Source of the DNA: Lama guanicoe
Taxonomy: Eukaryota
Length of the DNA: 64,000 nt
Direction of reading: 5' to 3'
NCBI GenBank assembly: GCA_013239625.1
Contig: MU054400.1
Coordinates: 169,146 to 233,145 of the forward strand
Shown here: in pieces, positions 36,426 through 49,896 of the stretch
How positions within the stretch are numbered: the first letter of the stretch is position 1
Layout of the letters: each line of letters begins with the position of its first letter
The notes under the pieces: model-generated
What the model saw: only the letters and a program-made list of their open reading frames with translations
Told to the model about the DNA's origin: nothing
Database searches by the model: none
Position numbers and translations under genes: made by a program

Positions 36426-37119
36426 TGGTTTAGAACTATATTCTTCACTATTTGTCTTGAATCTTCGTTTGCTTTATAATCTTCGATAGTTTTCTGGATG
36501 AATTAAAATTACATTTGGTGATAATTCAAGACCCAGAATGATGATATTTTCCTCCACAAAATATTTTCCTTCTTTCCCCCACAAAACGCCTGAGTAGATT
36601 AGCAGTCTAGGACCAAGACTGCAGTTTTTTGCAGGCTAGAATAAAATCTAGACTCTAGGCCTCCAGGATGTAACCTTTGAATGTTTCAAGTCAGAAAAGG
36701 GATATTAGGGTCCCTCTGTCTCTGAAGGAGATGAATGCCAGTCCCTAAATCTTCATGCATCTGAGTCCTCAAAGCTTAGCTCTGTGTCTCAGCTGCTTCT
36801 AAAGACTTGCCAAAAAGCCTCAGAGCCAAATTTCTGCCCTTGGGTTCTGGGATACAGAGTGGGTCATTTTCCAAGTTTTCAGTGAAGCTCTGCCTTTCAG
36901 TTTTCTTTCCACTATCAGTAAATCATCCTGTTCAAAAAGGCTTTGGGTCATCTCTTTAACTCAAATTGTTTCCTTGTTCTAATTCCTTAGTATCTCATTA
37001 GGTCTCTGATGCTTGTAAAAATGTATGTGTGTGTATGTGTTTCAGCTTTTTAAATCATCTTCAAGTGGAAGGCCTGGGTGGAACCATCTAGTATGCCATT
37101 TCTGGAATCTGGAAAATAA

Positions 37120-38225
37120 GCTAATATTCTTACAGGGAGACAGAAAATAAACAAATAAACAAGTGAATAAATATTGTGTCAGGTGGTGAAAAGACCTATA
37201 GAGAAAAATAAGGCAGAATAAAGGACATAGACATACCAGGGAGGAGGGAAACAGTTCTCAAGAAAGATCTTTCCAAAATGATAACATCTGAGCAAGGAAC
37301 CTTGAAGAGTGAGAGAGGTATCTGCTCTAGGAAATTTGGGGTGCAGCTGGAACGGAGTGTGTGCCGAGAGGGAGCAGGAGACAGAACTGTGAGGTGAGAG
37401 AGGAAGCTGAGGGCAAGGTCACGGAAGGCCTTGCAGGTCAGGTTGTCTTTGGATTTTACTCTGAATGAGATGAGGAGCCATTAAAAGTTTTGAGCAAAAG
37501 AGTAACTTGATTTTACCTTCAAGTTAAATAGATCATTCTCACCTCTATGTGGAGAACAGACTGCAGTAGGGGAGGAGGAAGAGAGTCCATTTGGGAAGTT
37601 TTAGAAATATTTCAGGAGAGGGGGATGAAATACAGTGGAAGCCTAGACCAGGAAAACAGCAATGGAAGTGGCGAAAAGTGCTCGGATTTTTGATAAACAG
37701 TATTTTGAAGGTAAAGCCAATAGCATTTACTGATGGACGTGGAGTGTCAGAGGAAGACAGAAGATAAAGTTTTTGGCTGGGCAACTAGAAAGACAGAGAT
37801 GGCATTTCCTGAGATGTAGAAGACTGCAAAGAGAAGACTGTCCGTGGAGGGGTGGAGGATATCGGGGGAGAATCAAGAGTTGATTTTGGGCAGGTTAGGT
37901 TGAAGACCTCTATTAGATATTTGAGTGAAGATATGAGTAGACGGTTGACCATGAGCCCACAATTTAGAAAAGAAGACTAGAAATTTAAAATTGGAAATCA
38001 TTGGTGTATAGATGCTCCCAAAGATAGCGAGTGGGGACGCTATCACAGAGGGAGTAAATAAAAGGCAAAGACATTTAGGGCTACATTCTGAAGTTTTTAA
38101 CACTTAGCAGTTGGTGGATAAAGAGAACCTGACCAGCCAGTGGAACAGAAAGAGAACCAAGGGAAAGTGATATCTCAAGCCAAATGAAGACTGTGTTTCA
38201 AAAAGGTACAAGTAAAGCCATGAAG
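37120..38225 (-). mobile_element. L2 LINE (long remnant)
   Basis: 'ctttggattttactctgaatgagatgaggagccattaaaagttttgagca' and 'attttgaaggtaaagccaatagcatttactgatgga'. Confidence 0.85.
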
Positions 38226-39324
38226 TAAGCAATGCTCAGGTCACTGGGCTATTGCAGTAGAATAATGAGACTGAAGAAGTGCCAATGCTCCTTCCCTTTC
38301 TTTAAAGAATAGCCTTTATCAAGCTTAATGGAAAAGGTGCTATTTATTATACCAACACGAGATTTACTAGTTTTTCTCTGAGGCAGTTCGTGTGAGCTAC
38401 ATTGAGAAGCCAGATGCTCAAAGATGCCTTACTTATTCTGAATAATCTCATCATTAGTTAAACTGAGGCTTTTAGTAGCCTCGGGAGAGGCACACCTTTA
38501 TTTAAGAAAAAGAAGGCAAATTTTAGAAGAGTAAATCTAAGCAATAAACGGCATTTGATAATATCGACATTAGAATGGCATTTGTTCTTTTGAGCAAAAC
38601 CCAAGAAAAAGAATTCTAATAAAACCTTCTTGGCAGCAGCAAATAACACCCTTGCATGGTGTTAAAGTGATGGGTAGAAGGGCCTCCCCACCCTCACCAT
38701 GAAAAATGCTCAATGGTTTGGCCTTTTATTTATTTGAAATATTACTTCTTTGGCCTCAGAAATAGCTTTGTCTACTTTAGTTTTTGAATTTTTTTCATTA
38801 TCTCAAATTTCTCATATTTATCTAATATTCTTATATCTCGCAATATGGGAGCAGGGGGCATTATATAATTTTTGATTTATTATACAAATTTCTTATACCA
38901 AACAAAGGTAATATTTGGAATCTTTAAGATTCATGAATACAAACAAGCTTTCATGTCTACAAATTCTCAAACATTTTCACAAACCTTCAGTACTACAATT
39001 ATCTCTAAATTGTGTACATCTATATAATTAGTCCTCTCAGACTTTGGTTTAAACATAATTTATTTTCTTTTCTCCACAGAATTACATTTATTCTCTAAAG
39101 TTCCATACAGAATAAGAAAACAATTTACTTTCATCAAAAATGATTTCCTAATTGTCTTTCAGTTAAAATTGTTGTTTCAGTAGATACCAAGTATGGCTAA
39201 ATCACTAAAGATATTTAAAATTGGGAATGGTTCCTTTCTCAAGCACACTTTGATACCCTTTAAGATCACAGAAAATCTTTTTGTTTGAGGAAAATTAAGG
39301 TGATTTAATAGCATAGACACAATT

Positions 39325-39560
39325 TAACACAGTGGTTAAGAATGACAGTGTTGGAATCATACCTGGATTTAAATTCCAGGTTTTCTACTATCTAATTTTA
39401 AAACCTTGAGCAAGCCACTTCAACTTTCTCAACCTCATTCTTCATCCATTAATGGAGACATAAGTGCCTGCCTCGTGGGTTTATTATGATGATTTTATGA
39501 GATAATATATGAAAAGCACTTAACAGAAGACAAGTATTGAATAAAAGATAAGTATTCATC
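39325..39560 (+). mobile_element. MIR SINE
   Basis: 'acagtggttaagaatgacag...cctggatttaaattccagg...ccttgagcaagccactt'. Confidence 0.8.
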
Positions 39561-39769
39561 ACCATCATCATCATTATCATAACCATCATCAAAATTGAAC
39601 AATCTCCAAAGTTGAATAGTTAAAGATATATATATAGAGAGAGAAAGCATCATCATTACCAAAGGTTGGAATTTGGTTTCATGGAGGAGATTTTTTTTAT
39701 ATTAAGGCTTTAACATTAAAATACACTAAGGGGGGAAAGTCTGGATGATTCATCACATTCTTTCTGCTG

Positions 39770-39960
39770 GATGCCAGGCGTTTTTACATGCACATCTCAA
39801 TTAGGCCTGACAACAACCCCAGAAGGGAGGTAGTGTAGGCCCATTTTACAGATGAGGAAATTGAAGCTCAGCGAAGTAAAGTGATTTGGCCAAGATCATG
39901 CAACTGTTAACTTCCAGAATCATGACTCAACTTCAATTTATTTGATTCGTAAGCCCTGTT
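39770..39960 (-). mobile_element. MIR SINE
   Basis: 'cccattttacagatgaggaaattgaagctcagcgaagtaaagtgatttggccaagatc'. Confidence 0.85.
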
Positions 39961-41080
39961 TCAATGAAACTGCCAAATTAGAGTCACTCTGGGGACTCTT
40001 CAAACTGGACCACTCACCCTCATCCAAACTGAACCGGAAGCAGGAGCTTTTGGGTAGAACAAGCTTTACTACTCCTCAGCTTTTATTCTCTCTTTCATCC
40101 ACAATCTAATCCCAGCAAAGGAACCTCAGACTTCAGAGCGCTACTAACCAAACCACACCTGTTGCCTTCACAGCCTGACTCTGCCGGCTGTTTTCCGCAC
40201 AGTGTTGGAACATTTCACAACCCTGGCCTGAGCAAATCTGATGGAGCCAGCACTAGGCTGACTGTCCCTGCAGTCCCATGAATGCCACCATGAAAGCTAC
40301 CAGTCAACTAGGGTTGAGGACGTTGCCTGACTCAGCGAGGCTGGTATTTCCTCCTGCACAATTCTTTCCAGCTCGTTGGCAATGGTCTCCAGGAGTGGCT
40401 GGAGAATTCTGATAACAGCTTGCTGGTTGGATTCCCGAGGAATAGCCCAGATTCTGCTGAAGACTCTTTAGAGGGTGAAGAAACACTGACAAAAGGAAGT
40501 TAATGATGACCACCCTGGAAACTCTGGCTACCTCCATGGATGCCTTCACAACTATTTCAAGCATCACCTTGGAATTAACTGAGACACCAGAAAGTGAAAC
40601 AAACCCTGTGAATGGAAATTAAGTCATGCTGTGACCCACTTAAATAGGTGTCATGCCTCTTGCCGACGGCCTGCCTGCCGGAGACCGCGCCCTGGATCCA
40701 CAGCTAGGTGCCTTTGTTTTCATCACTTTCAGATGGAAATTACACAACTGTCTCCTAATCCCCTTGCAGAACTGTGCCTTCTTCTTTCCTCACCTTCATT
40801 CTTGGTAGCTTTCTCTAACTATTCAACTAATTCATTAAGCACAACAAAGAACTGGAAAAGATGACTGGCTCAAATAATTGTGGATATTGACGTGGTAGAA
40901 GTTATACTTACCAGGCAATATAAAAGCCGTGAGTCTTGAGTGTAGGCATTGAGTATTTCTGCAAGCTGTGCACAATATTTGGCACACTCAGGGTGACTCA
41001 TAAATGTCCTTCAGGGCCTTCCAAGCTTGAGGGCCGATCAACTTCTCCAGTTGCATTTTCTCTGTTATTTAATCCCTTGT

Positions 41081-41241
41081 CTAGCACTGTCCAACAGAAA
41101 CATAATGGGAGTGGCTTATGTCATTTTAAAGTTTCTAGTAGCCATCTGAAAACATTAACACAAACAGGTGAAATCAATATTAATAATATACTTTAATCCA
41201 ATGTATCCAAAATATTATTTCAACACGTAATCAATATAAAA
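41081..41241 (+). mobile_element. MER33-like hAT-Charlie fragment
   Basis: 'gcactgtccaacagaaacataatg...tttctagtagccat...tatccaaaatattatttcaacacgtaatcaatataaaa'. Confidence 0.75.
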
Positions 41242-41264
41242 TGCTCAAACTTACATGCAGGTGG

Positions 41265-41480
41265 TTTGCACAGAGCCTAAAGTATTAGCTTTGGGTTTAG
41301 GGGGACCCAGGTCCTAGTTCAGCTCTCTCAGTTGTAGGAATTGCAAATCTGGATGAGTATCTTAAACTCTCTACACACCATCTGCATGATGGAGATAAGA
41401 ATATCTACCACCCAAGCTTGCTGAAAGAATTTACTTAGGTAATATGCAAAGCTCCTGAAAAATCATCCATAAATGCTAGT
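41265..41480 (+). mobile_element. MIR SINE remnant
   Basis: 'gacccaggtcctagttcagctct...cttaaactctc...catctgcatgatggagataagaata'. Confidence 0.55.
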
Positions 41481-42371
41481 AACTATACCTTGCCACTTCA
41501 CACAGTTTGGATCATTCTAGTGCAGCCATTCTCATCTAGAAAAATCTTTGGAATGGCTGCTTCGTGTCAGTGGAAATTTTCCTTATTGCAATAGCCAAAT
41601 AAATGGCTATAGAAAATAGTATTTCTTCCAACTCCAAAGGGCTTCCTCCCAAAACAGCCACTTAGGAAAAAGAGCTGCTGAAAACTGACTGATGCCCTCC
41701 CTTCTCAGCCCATAGGAGGAACTGGCTTGTGCAGCAGCATCAGCATGAAGAAGAATCAGGGACCAGACACATCCTTTGCCAGGGGGCTCCCGGTGGAGTT
41801 CTTGCAGACTATTCTACAGCGTGCTGTAGGTGAAATTCAACTCTAAGCTCTAGTTGTGTGACTAAAAGCCTAAAGGAGAAAGAAAAAAAAAAAAAGCCTC
41901 AGAGTCCTGCCTGCTTTGAAAGACCTTCTGGCCGTAAGAAATGTATGGCTATCGCTCCAGGAGGGCCAAAGGGGAACAGAGAGGCATTTCCATTTTGTAA
42001 CTTTCTCACTAGCCAAACACAGAGGAGAAGTTTTCAAATAAATGAACATGAAGAATGAAAGATCATAGCAGAAAGAAAAAAAAAAAAAGAATCACAAGGT
42101 TGACTGGCCATCTCTGCTCAGCAACACACCTTTAGGGGTCTTATCAGAAAATGGTACGTGCTCATAGGACTCACCTTCCTTGAAGTCACACCTTTACATC
42201 ATAAGCTTATTCTGGGAACAATGTTGCTCATCCCCACGGGGTGCTGAGCACTGCTAAGCTATCACACTGGCCACAGCACTTTGATAAGCTTTGTTGCTCA
42301 AGATCCTTGATCCTTGACTGATCAGGCTTCACCCGAGGAACTGGTGCACAAAATAGATAATTTAGAGGTCA

Positions 42372-42580
42372 AGGGCCTGGCTTTGAGCCAGACAGACTGA
42401 CCATTAGAATTTTGGCCATGGTCATAATTAGCTTGTGATCGTGACAAACTATTCTCAAAGCCTCAGGTTCTTCTCCTATAAGCTATGGATTAATATAGAC
42501 ATCTACTTCATAGGATTGTTACAAGAATGCTTATAAAGTGCTTAGCGTAGTACCTGGAACATTCCAAGAAATGTTCGACG
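42372..42580 (+). mobile_element. MIR SINE
   Basis: 'ggctttgagccagacagact...gcctcaggttc...cttcataggattgtt...aaagtgcttagcgtagtacctgg'. Confidence 0.75.
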
Positions 42581-43207
42581 TTTTCCCACACAGCGCTAGC
42601 AGTGGGCGTGTGTCTTAGCAGTTCCCAGAAAATGAAACTAGAAAGTTGCCAAGCGATAGCAATCTACCCAACCCCAACAAATTACACAACCAAAGCAAGA
42701 TTGCAGCAGGACCACTTCCCTGGCTCCACACGATACTCCTGAAGAAGAAAAACACCTGTGACTGAAGAGGGACAGACGGGTAGGGCTGGGAGGGCTCTTA
42801 GAGACCATTCAGTCCAAACTTTCGTTTTCCAAACAAAGAAATGAAACCTCTGAGAGGTAAAGTAACCTGTCCCGTGTCAGGAGCGAGAGGCAGGGTTGAA
42901 ATGTGAATCCAGGGTTCTTGACTCTTAATTCTGTGACCTGATAAGTTCAAGTGCTTTTGTGGTTAAACTGAGTCCTGAATCAAAAGCAAACAGAGCAAGT
43001 GATTATAAGAAGACGCCTTAGAGGGAAGTACTCCTGCAGGCCATCACCAGCACGGCAGTTTGGCCTAACCTCATTTGAGAAAAGGCACAGTGTAATAAAC
43101 ACTTCATCAAACACCAGTGACCATTTATGCCAAAGACCTGGGAGCAATCATAGAAATCTACACTGAAGCCTGTAACTCAAGAGGCATTCATGGCAAGTGA
43201 AGAAGGT

Positions 43208-43731
43208 TGTGCCACATTCTCTCCAAGACAGCGCCCAAGAATCTCTATTTCCTTCTGTTCACACCCTGGGGGTAATGTCCTCCCCCAGAGTGCAGACTGG
43301 ATCTATCAACTTGCTCTTAACAGAGTACAGCAGAAGTGATAGATGTCTGTTCTGATATTGCGTTATAAAAAGACTGCGGCTTCCATCTTGGGACTCTATT
43401 ATGCTCTCCCCCTGGGGAAGCCATATGCCATGTCGTAAGGGAGCCTGGCGGAGAGGACCACGTGAGTGAACTTGAAAGCAGAGCTTCTAAGGCCTGATAA
43501 CAGCCATGAGAGTGAGTTTGGAAGTAGGTTTTCAGCCCCCTTCAAGTGTTGAGATGACTACAGCCCTGGCTGACAGCTCGACGGCACCCTTATGAGAGAT
43601 CTCCATCAAAGGCACCCAGCTAAGCCGCTCCCAAATTCCTGACCCACGGAAATTGTGAAATATTAAATGTTAGTCATTTTAATCTGCTAACTTTAGGAGC
43701 AATCCGTTACGCAAATTAAATAATCAATACC
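43208..43731 (+). mobile_element. MaLR LTR (MLT1F-like)
   Basis: 'gatgactacagccctggctgacagctcga...cacccagctaagccgctcccaaattcctgacccacggaaattgtga'. Confidence 0.8.
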
Positions 43732-45084
43732 AAATGCAGACAGGTTTAGATACAGCACCTCTGAACAGAGGGCTGGATGCAATGGCCCCTCAGAAAGCAA
43801 GGATCTTCATTCTCATTACAGACAGTCCAGAAAAATACCGACTCATTTTCAGCGAGGTTCCTCCAAGGTTTTCTGAAAATCAGACAATTATATTTGTAGA
43901 TGCTCTAAGTGCTACTGTGCGAGCTGTGGAAAGTGGGAAAGTCCAGCTTGGTGCCATCTTCAACTGCTGGCCTGTGTTGGCTCTCTGTAAATATTCACAG
44001 ATGAATGAATGAAAGACCTTCACCAGGGTCATGGGGATATTGTATTTTAAGTATCTTCCATTATTTCCTCAGTAGTTTCTGAGTAACCCAGGCGTTATTT
44101 TTCTTTCTTTCCCATGCACCCCATCTGTCCTAAAGATAAGCCAAGAGTCTTATTGTCCTAGGGAAGGAGGAGGTCAGCTGCACGTCAACAAATGTCTTTT
44201 TTAAAATTTCATAGCAAGAAAGACTTGAAAACCAGATATTACAGAGAGAGAAAAAAATTGTTATAAATTCTAAAATCTTATTTTAAAATAAGAAACAATG
44301 CTTTTATGTCTGAAAATACACAGCTTTCCCCTAAGCCATGGGTAGAGTGGACTCAGAAGTAACCCAAGGAAAGTTCCTGTAAGACAGGAATAGAAAATGA
44401 AAGTCTTATGCCAAAAGAAGAGAAGATTGGCGAGAGGTCAGACGCTAGGGCCCTGGCTTCCCTTCCCCATCTTCGCTTCTCCGTGGCACCTTAAGAGTGT
44501 GCAAAAGATAACTCTAGAAAGTTTGGGAGAAGGAAAACCAGAGGCGTTTGTGTCTCACTCTCAGTTTGGGATTTGAAAAGAGATTGCCTCACGCCGGGCA
44601 GCAGCACAGAGGAAGACAAAAGAGAAGTCACACAAAATATAGAAGCTGGTCTTGCCGCCCTGTTTAGTGGTGATCTTGTTATATTTTAACCCCAGTTCAC
44701 AGTGCGGTTGGCTTAGGTTTGACTGGTTTCAGGAGTGCCCCTGAGGCCCAGGTTTACAGCCTTTCTGTAACCTGCGGGAAGGATGGTTGTAGACGTGACG
44801 GATTCCCACTGCCTTCTGTCCCTGACCGACAAGATGCTGCCCAGAACCCCCTGTTCCACCACAGCTCCACAACACCAGGCGGCCAGTTCTGCCTCTGCTG
44901 GCGATGCCCTCGGAGTAATACTGCTCATTCCTCTTTTGCAGCAGTGTGTTATGATCACAGGCAGATAGACCTGGGTGCTCAGCCGGGCCCTGCAGGCAGT
45001 CGTTAGCTGTCTGACCTTGGGCAACGTTCTCTGAGCCCCAATTTTTATTATTAATAACAATAACAAAATAATCATGAATAATTA

Positions 45085-45290
45085 TAATACTCCAGGGCTT
45101 GCTTAGTGAAAATCCTTTACAAAGCATGTAATATACGTGATCTCATTTAATTCTCACATTCACCATGTGAGAGGTAGGTACTATTTTTACTCTCATGTTA
45201 CAGAAAGGAAAACCTGCCCAAAGTCACACAGCTAGCAAGTAGCAGTAGGAATTGAATCCGGTTCTGGCTGACTGCAAAGCCCACGAGCTT
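45085..45290 (-). mobile_element. MIR SINE
   Basis: 'atctcatttaattctcacattcaccatgtgagaggtaggtactattttt...cctgcccaaagtcacacagctag'. Confidence 0.8.
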
Positions 45291-46489
45291 GGTGGCCATA
45301 AAGGAGGACCCCATGATGGGGCAGACATCTCGAGCACCTCGAAGTGTAGGGACCCTTTGTAAGTAATTTCCCTGCTAGTCTGTGTCAACAGTTGGTCCTG
45401 AATAACATCAGCATTGATCCCTGTGTGGTCAGGGTAATTCTTCTCTGCGTGTGTATATACGACTTTTAAACAAGTCTCATATTTATTCTGACAAAAATAT
45501 TGGGAACGGTAGCTATGATTCATCACTTTCCATTAGACTCCATATCAGGGCTGGGGTCACATCACTGCAAGCTCCCCTAGATCTGGAAACAGAAGCTTGC
45601 TGGTAACTGCCTGCGGCAGCGTACCCTAAAACCCGTGACAGCCCGGGCAGGTTCCCAGCTGCTGAAATTAGCCTGCAGGATCCTTGTAGGCAAAGGGATT
45701 ATTTTAGGACAGCAATACCGACAGCACCACAGAACGGCAAGTGATCAGAACACAGCCCCTGCTACACTTCCTCTAACGTCTGAACAGCCCAAGCTCATAT
45801 TTGACACTAACGCATAGATGGCTCGTATAGACTGCAAGCATCTATTTATTTGTTACATCGACAAACATTCATACAGTACAATTCAGGAACTGAATGATAA
45901 TGACCTTATTTTAACAAATTTTAATTATAATAAAACAAATTCTCTTCATCACAGGACTGCACCTCATTTTAGTTAGCAAATTCATTTATTGTCAGTGATT
46001 TTATCAGCTGCTAAATTCTTTCATTTAGAGTTAACAGTAACAATGCTTCTTAATGGATTACTATGAGCAAACGTATGACTCAATAGCCCAGGATGGAAAA
46101 AACCTTCTCATCTACATTGGGAATATTCAAGACAGAAGGAAACTTAGAATGAACTTGTTCCACATCCCCACCTGCCCTGTGGCATAATTTATAAATCAGG
46201 AAGAAGGTTCAGAGAGTCAATATCATTTTCAAGGTCACTCAGTGGGTTAGAGGTGCAGCCAGGGGTCCTGCCTTCCAAGGCAGGGAAGTCACGTCACTTC
46301 ACTGCCCCATACAACTGGGGCAGTAACTGTGAACAGGTAACTCACTGCTCCACATTTGAGGGCTGGAACTTAGACATCATTACTCAGGTTATATTCACAG
46401 GAAGAATTCAAAATATTCATCGAGTAGAAAGTAAGATGTGTGAGGAATCCAAATTCAGGAGTAATTTATTGGCCCTTGAACATGCCAGA

Positions 46490-46645
46490 AACCCAGCATC
46501 TCATCTGTTCTGTACAACAGTCCGTGAGACTGATGTAATTACCCCATTTCACAGTGCAGGGCTTCGAGAGGGCACGAAGTGACCCAATTCACACAGTAAG
46601 TAATGGATCTCGGACTTGATACTGGACTTGGTGACTCCAGTCCAG
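46490..46645 (-). mobile_element. MIR SINE remnant
   Basis: 'taattaccccatttcacagtgcagggcttcgagagggcacgaagtgacccaa'. Confidence 0.55.
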
Positions 46646-47544
46646 GCCCTTTCTACTGTTTTATGGTAACAGTTTATTAAAGCTTCCATAAGCACCCTCA
46701 AGGGGGACACTTAAGGAGCTCCTTGGTTCTATACATGTTGAGACATTGCACCATGTGATATTTCCAGTCCCCTTTAAGGTAAAGGCACAGCATTCAGTTC
46801 ATAGCCCTTTCCACTGAGGAATAATTCTTCCTTCTGGTTGATGATCTGAAATTATTCTGAAAGATCTTGGGTAAAGTGTGACTGCTGGCAAGAAATACCG
46901 TGCTAAGTGGAATAATCATAAATTACAAACTCAAGCATCTTCCCTACTGCTCCTGCTTGGAGAGCTTAATATCACACGGATAAATCTTCTAAGTAGCTCA
47001 GAGAAAATATAAACATCAGCTCCTGCATTTTACCCATATTGATAGCTGGTCACATGCCAAATAGGTTTGCAATCTAGTGTGCAATATTAAAATCTCTAAA
47101 TCTACCATCTCTGGCTTGCATTTGATTCCCTCCAAATGCTCAAAGTCTCCATCATTTATTCTGCTGCCCGCTGGGAATTTGTAACTCTTCACTAATCTCT
47201 CCTGCCTCTTACAGATCAGCTGCTTTTTTTTTTTGCATTTATTGTATCAGCTTGTTATGTACGCTGGAAATTTTTAAATATTTAAAGTTGTAATTTAGTC
47301 AACTACAGAGGAGCCAGAAATAGAAGTTTTGATTTAAAAATTTTTTCTTATAAGAAAGAGTTAGAAATGCACTAACTCAAAAGGGAAAAGATTGAATCTC
47401 CTGCACAAGCTTGGGGACTTGCTGGATACACTGCCCTTGTGAGGTGAACCTTGCTACCTGTTGCATGTAGAGGCAAAGGGCGTATCATAGACATTGTGTC
47501 ACTGCCCCTCCTTCAGAGTTGCTCCTGCCAGAGTCAACGCCCTT

Positions 47545-47750
47545 TTATTCCACTTTTTCTTCCTAACTTCCTATTCTCTCTGCACCCTCACTGCAGTATA
47601 GTTATGGCAGCATCGCCCTCCACTGGTACAGCTCTTAATATGACGACCAGTGACCTCTCAGTTGCTCAATCTATTGGGTATCTTTCAGTCTTTATCATGC
47701 CTGGCCTTTATGCCATACTGTTTATTGTTTTCTCCTTCCCAAAACTCTCC
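47545..47750 (+). mobile_element. L2 remnant
   Basis: 'gaccagtgacctctcagttgctcaatctattgggtatctttcagtctttatcatgc'. Confidence 0.6.
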
Positions 47751-47751
47751 T

Positions 47752-49430
47752 CCTTTGACAAACCTCTGGCCAGGCTCACTAAGAACAAAAAAGAGAGGAC
47801 TCAAATAAATAAAATAAGAAAAGAAAGAGGAGAAATAATAACCGATACTTCAGAAATACAAAAAAAAATTAGAAATTACTATGAACAGTTATATGCCAAC
47901 AAAAAAGCCAACCTTCCAGAAATGGACAAGTTTCTAGAAACATACAGACTGCCAAAACTGAATCAAAAAGAAACAGATAATTTGAACTGACCAATCATTA
48001 GAAATGAAATAGTATCTGTAATTAAAAAAAACCAACAAACAATCCCTTCCTGCAAACAAAAGTCCAGCACCAGATGGCTTCACTGGGGAATTCTAATAAA
48101 TATACAAAGAAGAGCTCATACTAATCCTTCTCAAACTCCTCCAAGAGACTGAAGAGGAGGGGACACTCCCAAAGTCATTCTATGAAGCCACCATCATCCT
48201 GATACCAAAACCAAAAAAAGACACTACAAAAAAATAATATTATAGGCCAATATCTCTGATGAATATACATGCAAAAATCCTCAACAAAATATTAGCAAAC
48301 CAAATCCAACAAACATAAGAAGGCTCATATACCATGATCAAGTTGGATTCATTCCAGGGCCACAAGGATGCACTGCTGCTTTAAAACAATTAGTATAAGT
48401 GTAGGCATGTGTTTTTGTATGATTGAGCCCATTCATTGTGAGTCTAAACTTGTTAGAAACAATGTATCCAAGCAGACTAGCAGAATAATATGTAGATGTG
48501 ATCTCAGTTGTAAATAGAAAAATCTAATTCAATAAACTCTATTACCTCCCCCAAAAAAGTATGCAAATCAATGTGATACACCACATCAATGAGAGAAAAC
48601 ACAAAAGCCGCACGATCATCTCAATAGATGCAGAAAAAGCATTTGATAAAATTCAACATTCATTCATGATAAAAACTCTCACCAAAATGGGTATAGAGGG
48701 AACATATCCCAACTTAATAAAAGCCGTATACAACAAACCCATAGCCAAGATAGTACTCAACTGTGAAACGCTGAAAACCTTGCTGCTAAAATCTGGAACA
48801 AGACAAGGATGCCCACTCTCCCACTTCTACTCAGCATAGTATTAGAAGTCCTGGCCAAGAAATCAGACTAGAAAAAGAAATAAAAAGTATCCAAATTGGG
48901 AGGGGAGAGGTAAAACTGTCATTGTATGCAAATGTTATGATAGGCTATGTAGAAAACCCAAAAGCCTCCACACAAAAATTACTAGAACTGATCAACAAAT
49001 TCAGCAAGGTAGCAGGGTACAAGATCAATACATAGAAATCTGTTGCATTTGTTTACACTAGCAATGAAATATCAGAAAGAGAAAGTAAAAAAAAAAATCT
49101 CATTTAAAATTAAAAACCCATAAAAATAAGCCTAATCAAGGATGTGAAAGACCCATACACTGCAAACTACAAAACATTGATAAAGAAAATTGAAGATGAT
49201 ACAAAGAAATGGAAAAATATCCCCTATTCTTGGGTTGGAAGAATTAATGTTGGTAAAAATGGCTATACTACCCAAAGCAACCTACAGATTTAATGCAATC
49301 CCTAACAAATTACCCATGACATTTTTCACAGAACTAGAACAAATAATCCTAAAATTTATATGTAAACACAAAAGACCCAGAATTGCCAAAGCAATGCTAA
49401 GAAAAAGAACAAAGCTGGAGGAATAACCCT
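47752..49430 (+). mobile_element. Internal L1 ORF2 fragment (RT region), disrupted; no 3'UTR or polyA
   Basis: Peptides [52 protein letters not shown] and [15 protein letters not shown] are L1 ORF2; several stops and frameshifts. Confidence 0.95.
48371..48559 (+). other. Non-L1 insert with AATAAA and short A run; candidate retrocopied mRNA 3' end
   Basis: Interrupts the L1 between 'cacaaggatg' and 'atgcaaatcaatgtgatacacc'. AATAAA at 48531-48536, A6 at 48553-48558. Confidence 0.45.
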
Positions 49431-49708
49431 CTAGGTAATAGACAACAAGAAGCTGGAGCCTCAGTCCTACAACTGCAAGGAAATTAATTCTGCCCCAAAC
49501 TGGAGTGAGCTTGGGCAGATTCTCCCCTAAATAAGCCTCCAGATGAGAATGCAGCCCAGACAATACCTTGATTGCAGCCTGGTGAGACCCTGAGCAGAGG
49601 ACACAGCTAAGTAGAGTTCTGATTATAGAAGCTGTGATAATTAATGTGTATGGTTTTAAGCTGCTACACTTGTGGTAATTTGACACGCAGCAATAGATGA
49701 CTAATACA
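49431..49708 (+). mobile_element. MaLR LTR 3' half (MLT1D/E-like)
   Basis: 'cctcagtcctacaactgcaaggaaattaattctgcc...gcagcaatagatgactaataca'. Confidence 0.8.
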
Positions 49709-49896
49709 GAGCCTCATGGCCTTTCCCAAATCTCAACAAAAATTCTTATGAAATCACACAAAAAAAGGAAGAAATTATTACAAGACTGAATGTCAGTCTA
49801 ATCTCAAAATCTTGACGGGACTGCCTCTAACTACAAACAAATGAAATTGGGTTGAAAAGACCCTGGACCATGTCAGTTGTTCACGAAAAGAAGGAT

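Noticed and set aside
40304..40623. ORF-like unique segment on both strands
   Set aside because: Short frames, no recognisable family and no convincing splice boundaries.
47451..47990. Longest ORF (179 aa) as a novel membrane protein or fusion gene
   Set aside because: It begins at a non-ATG codon (ttg), runs through an L2 remnant and reads in frame into an L1 ORF2 fragment that soon stops; a chance fusion.
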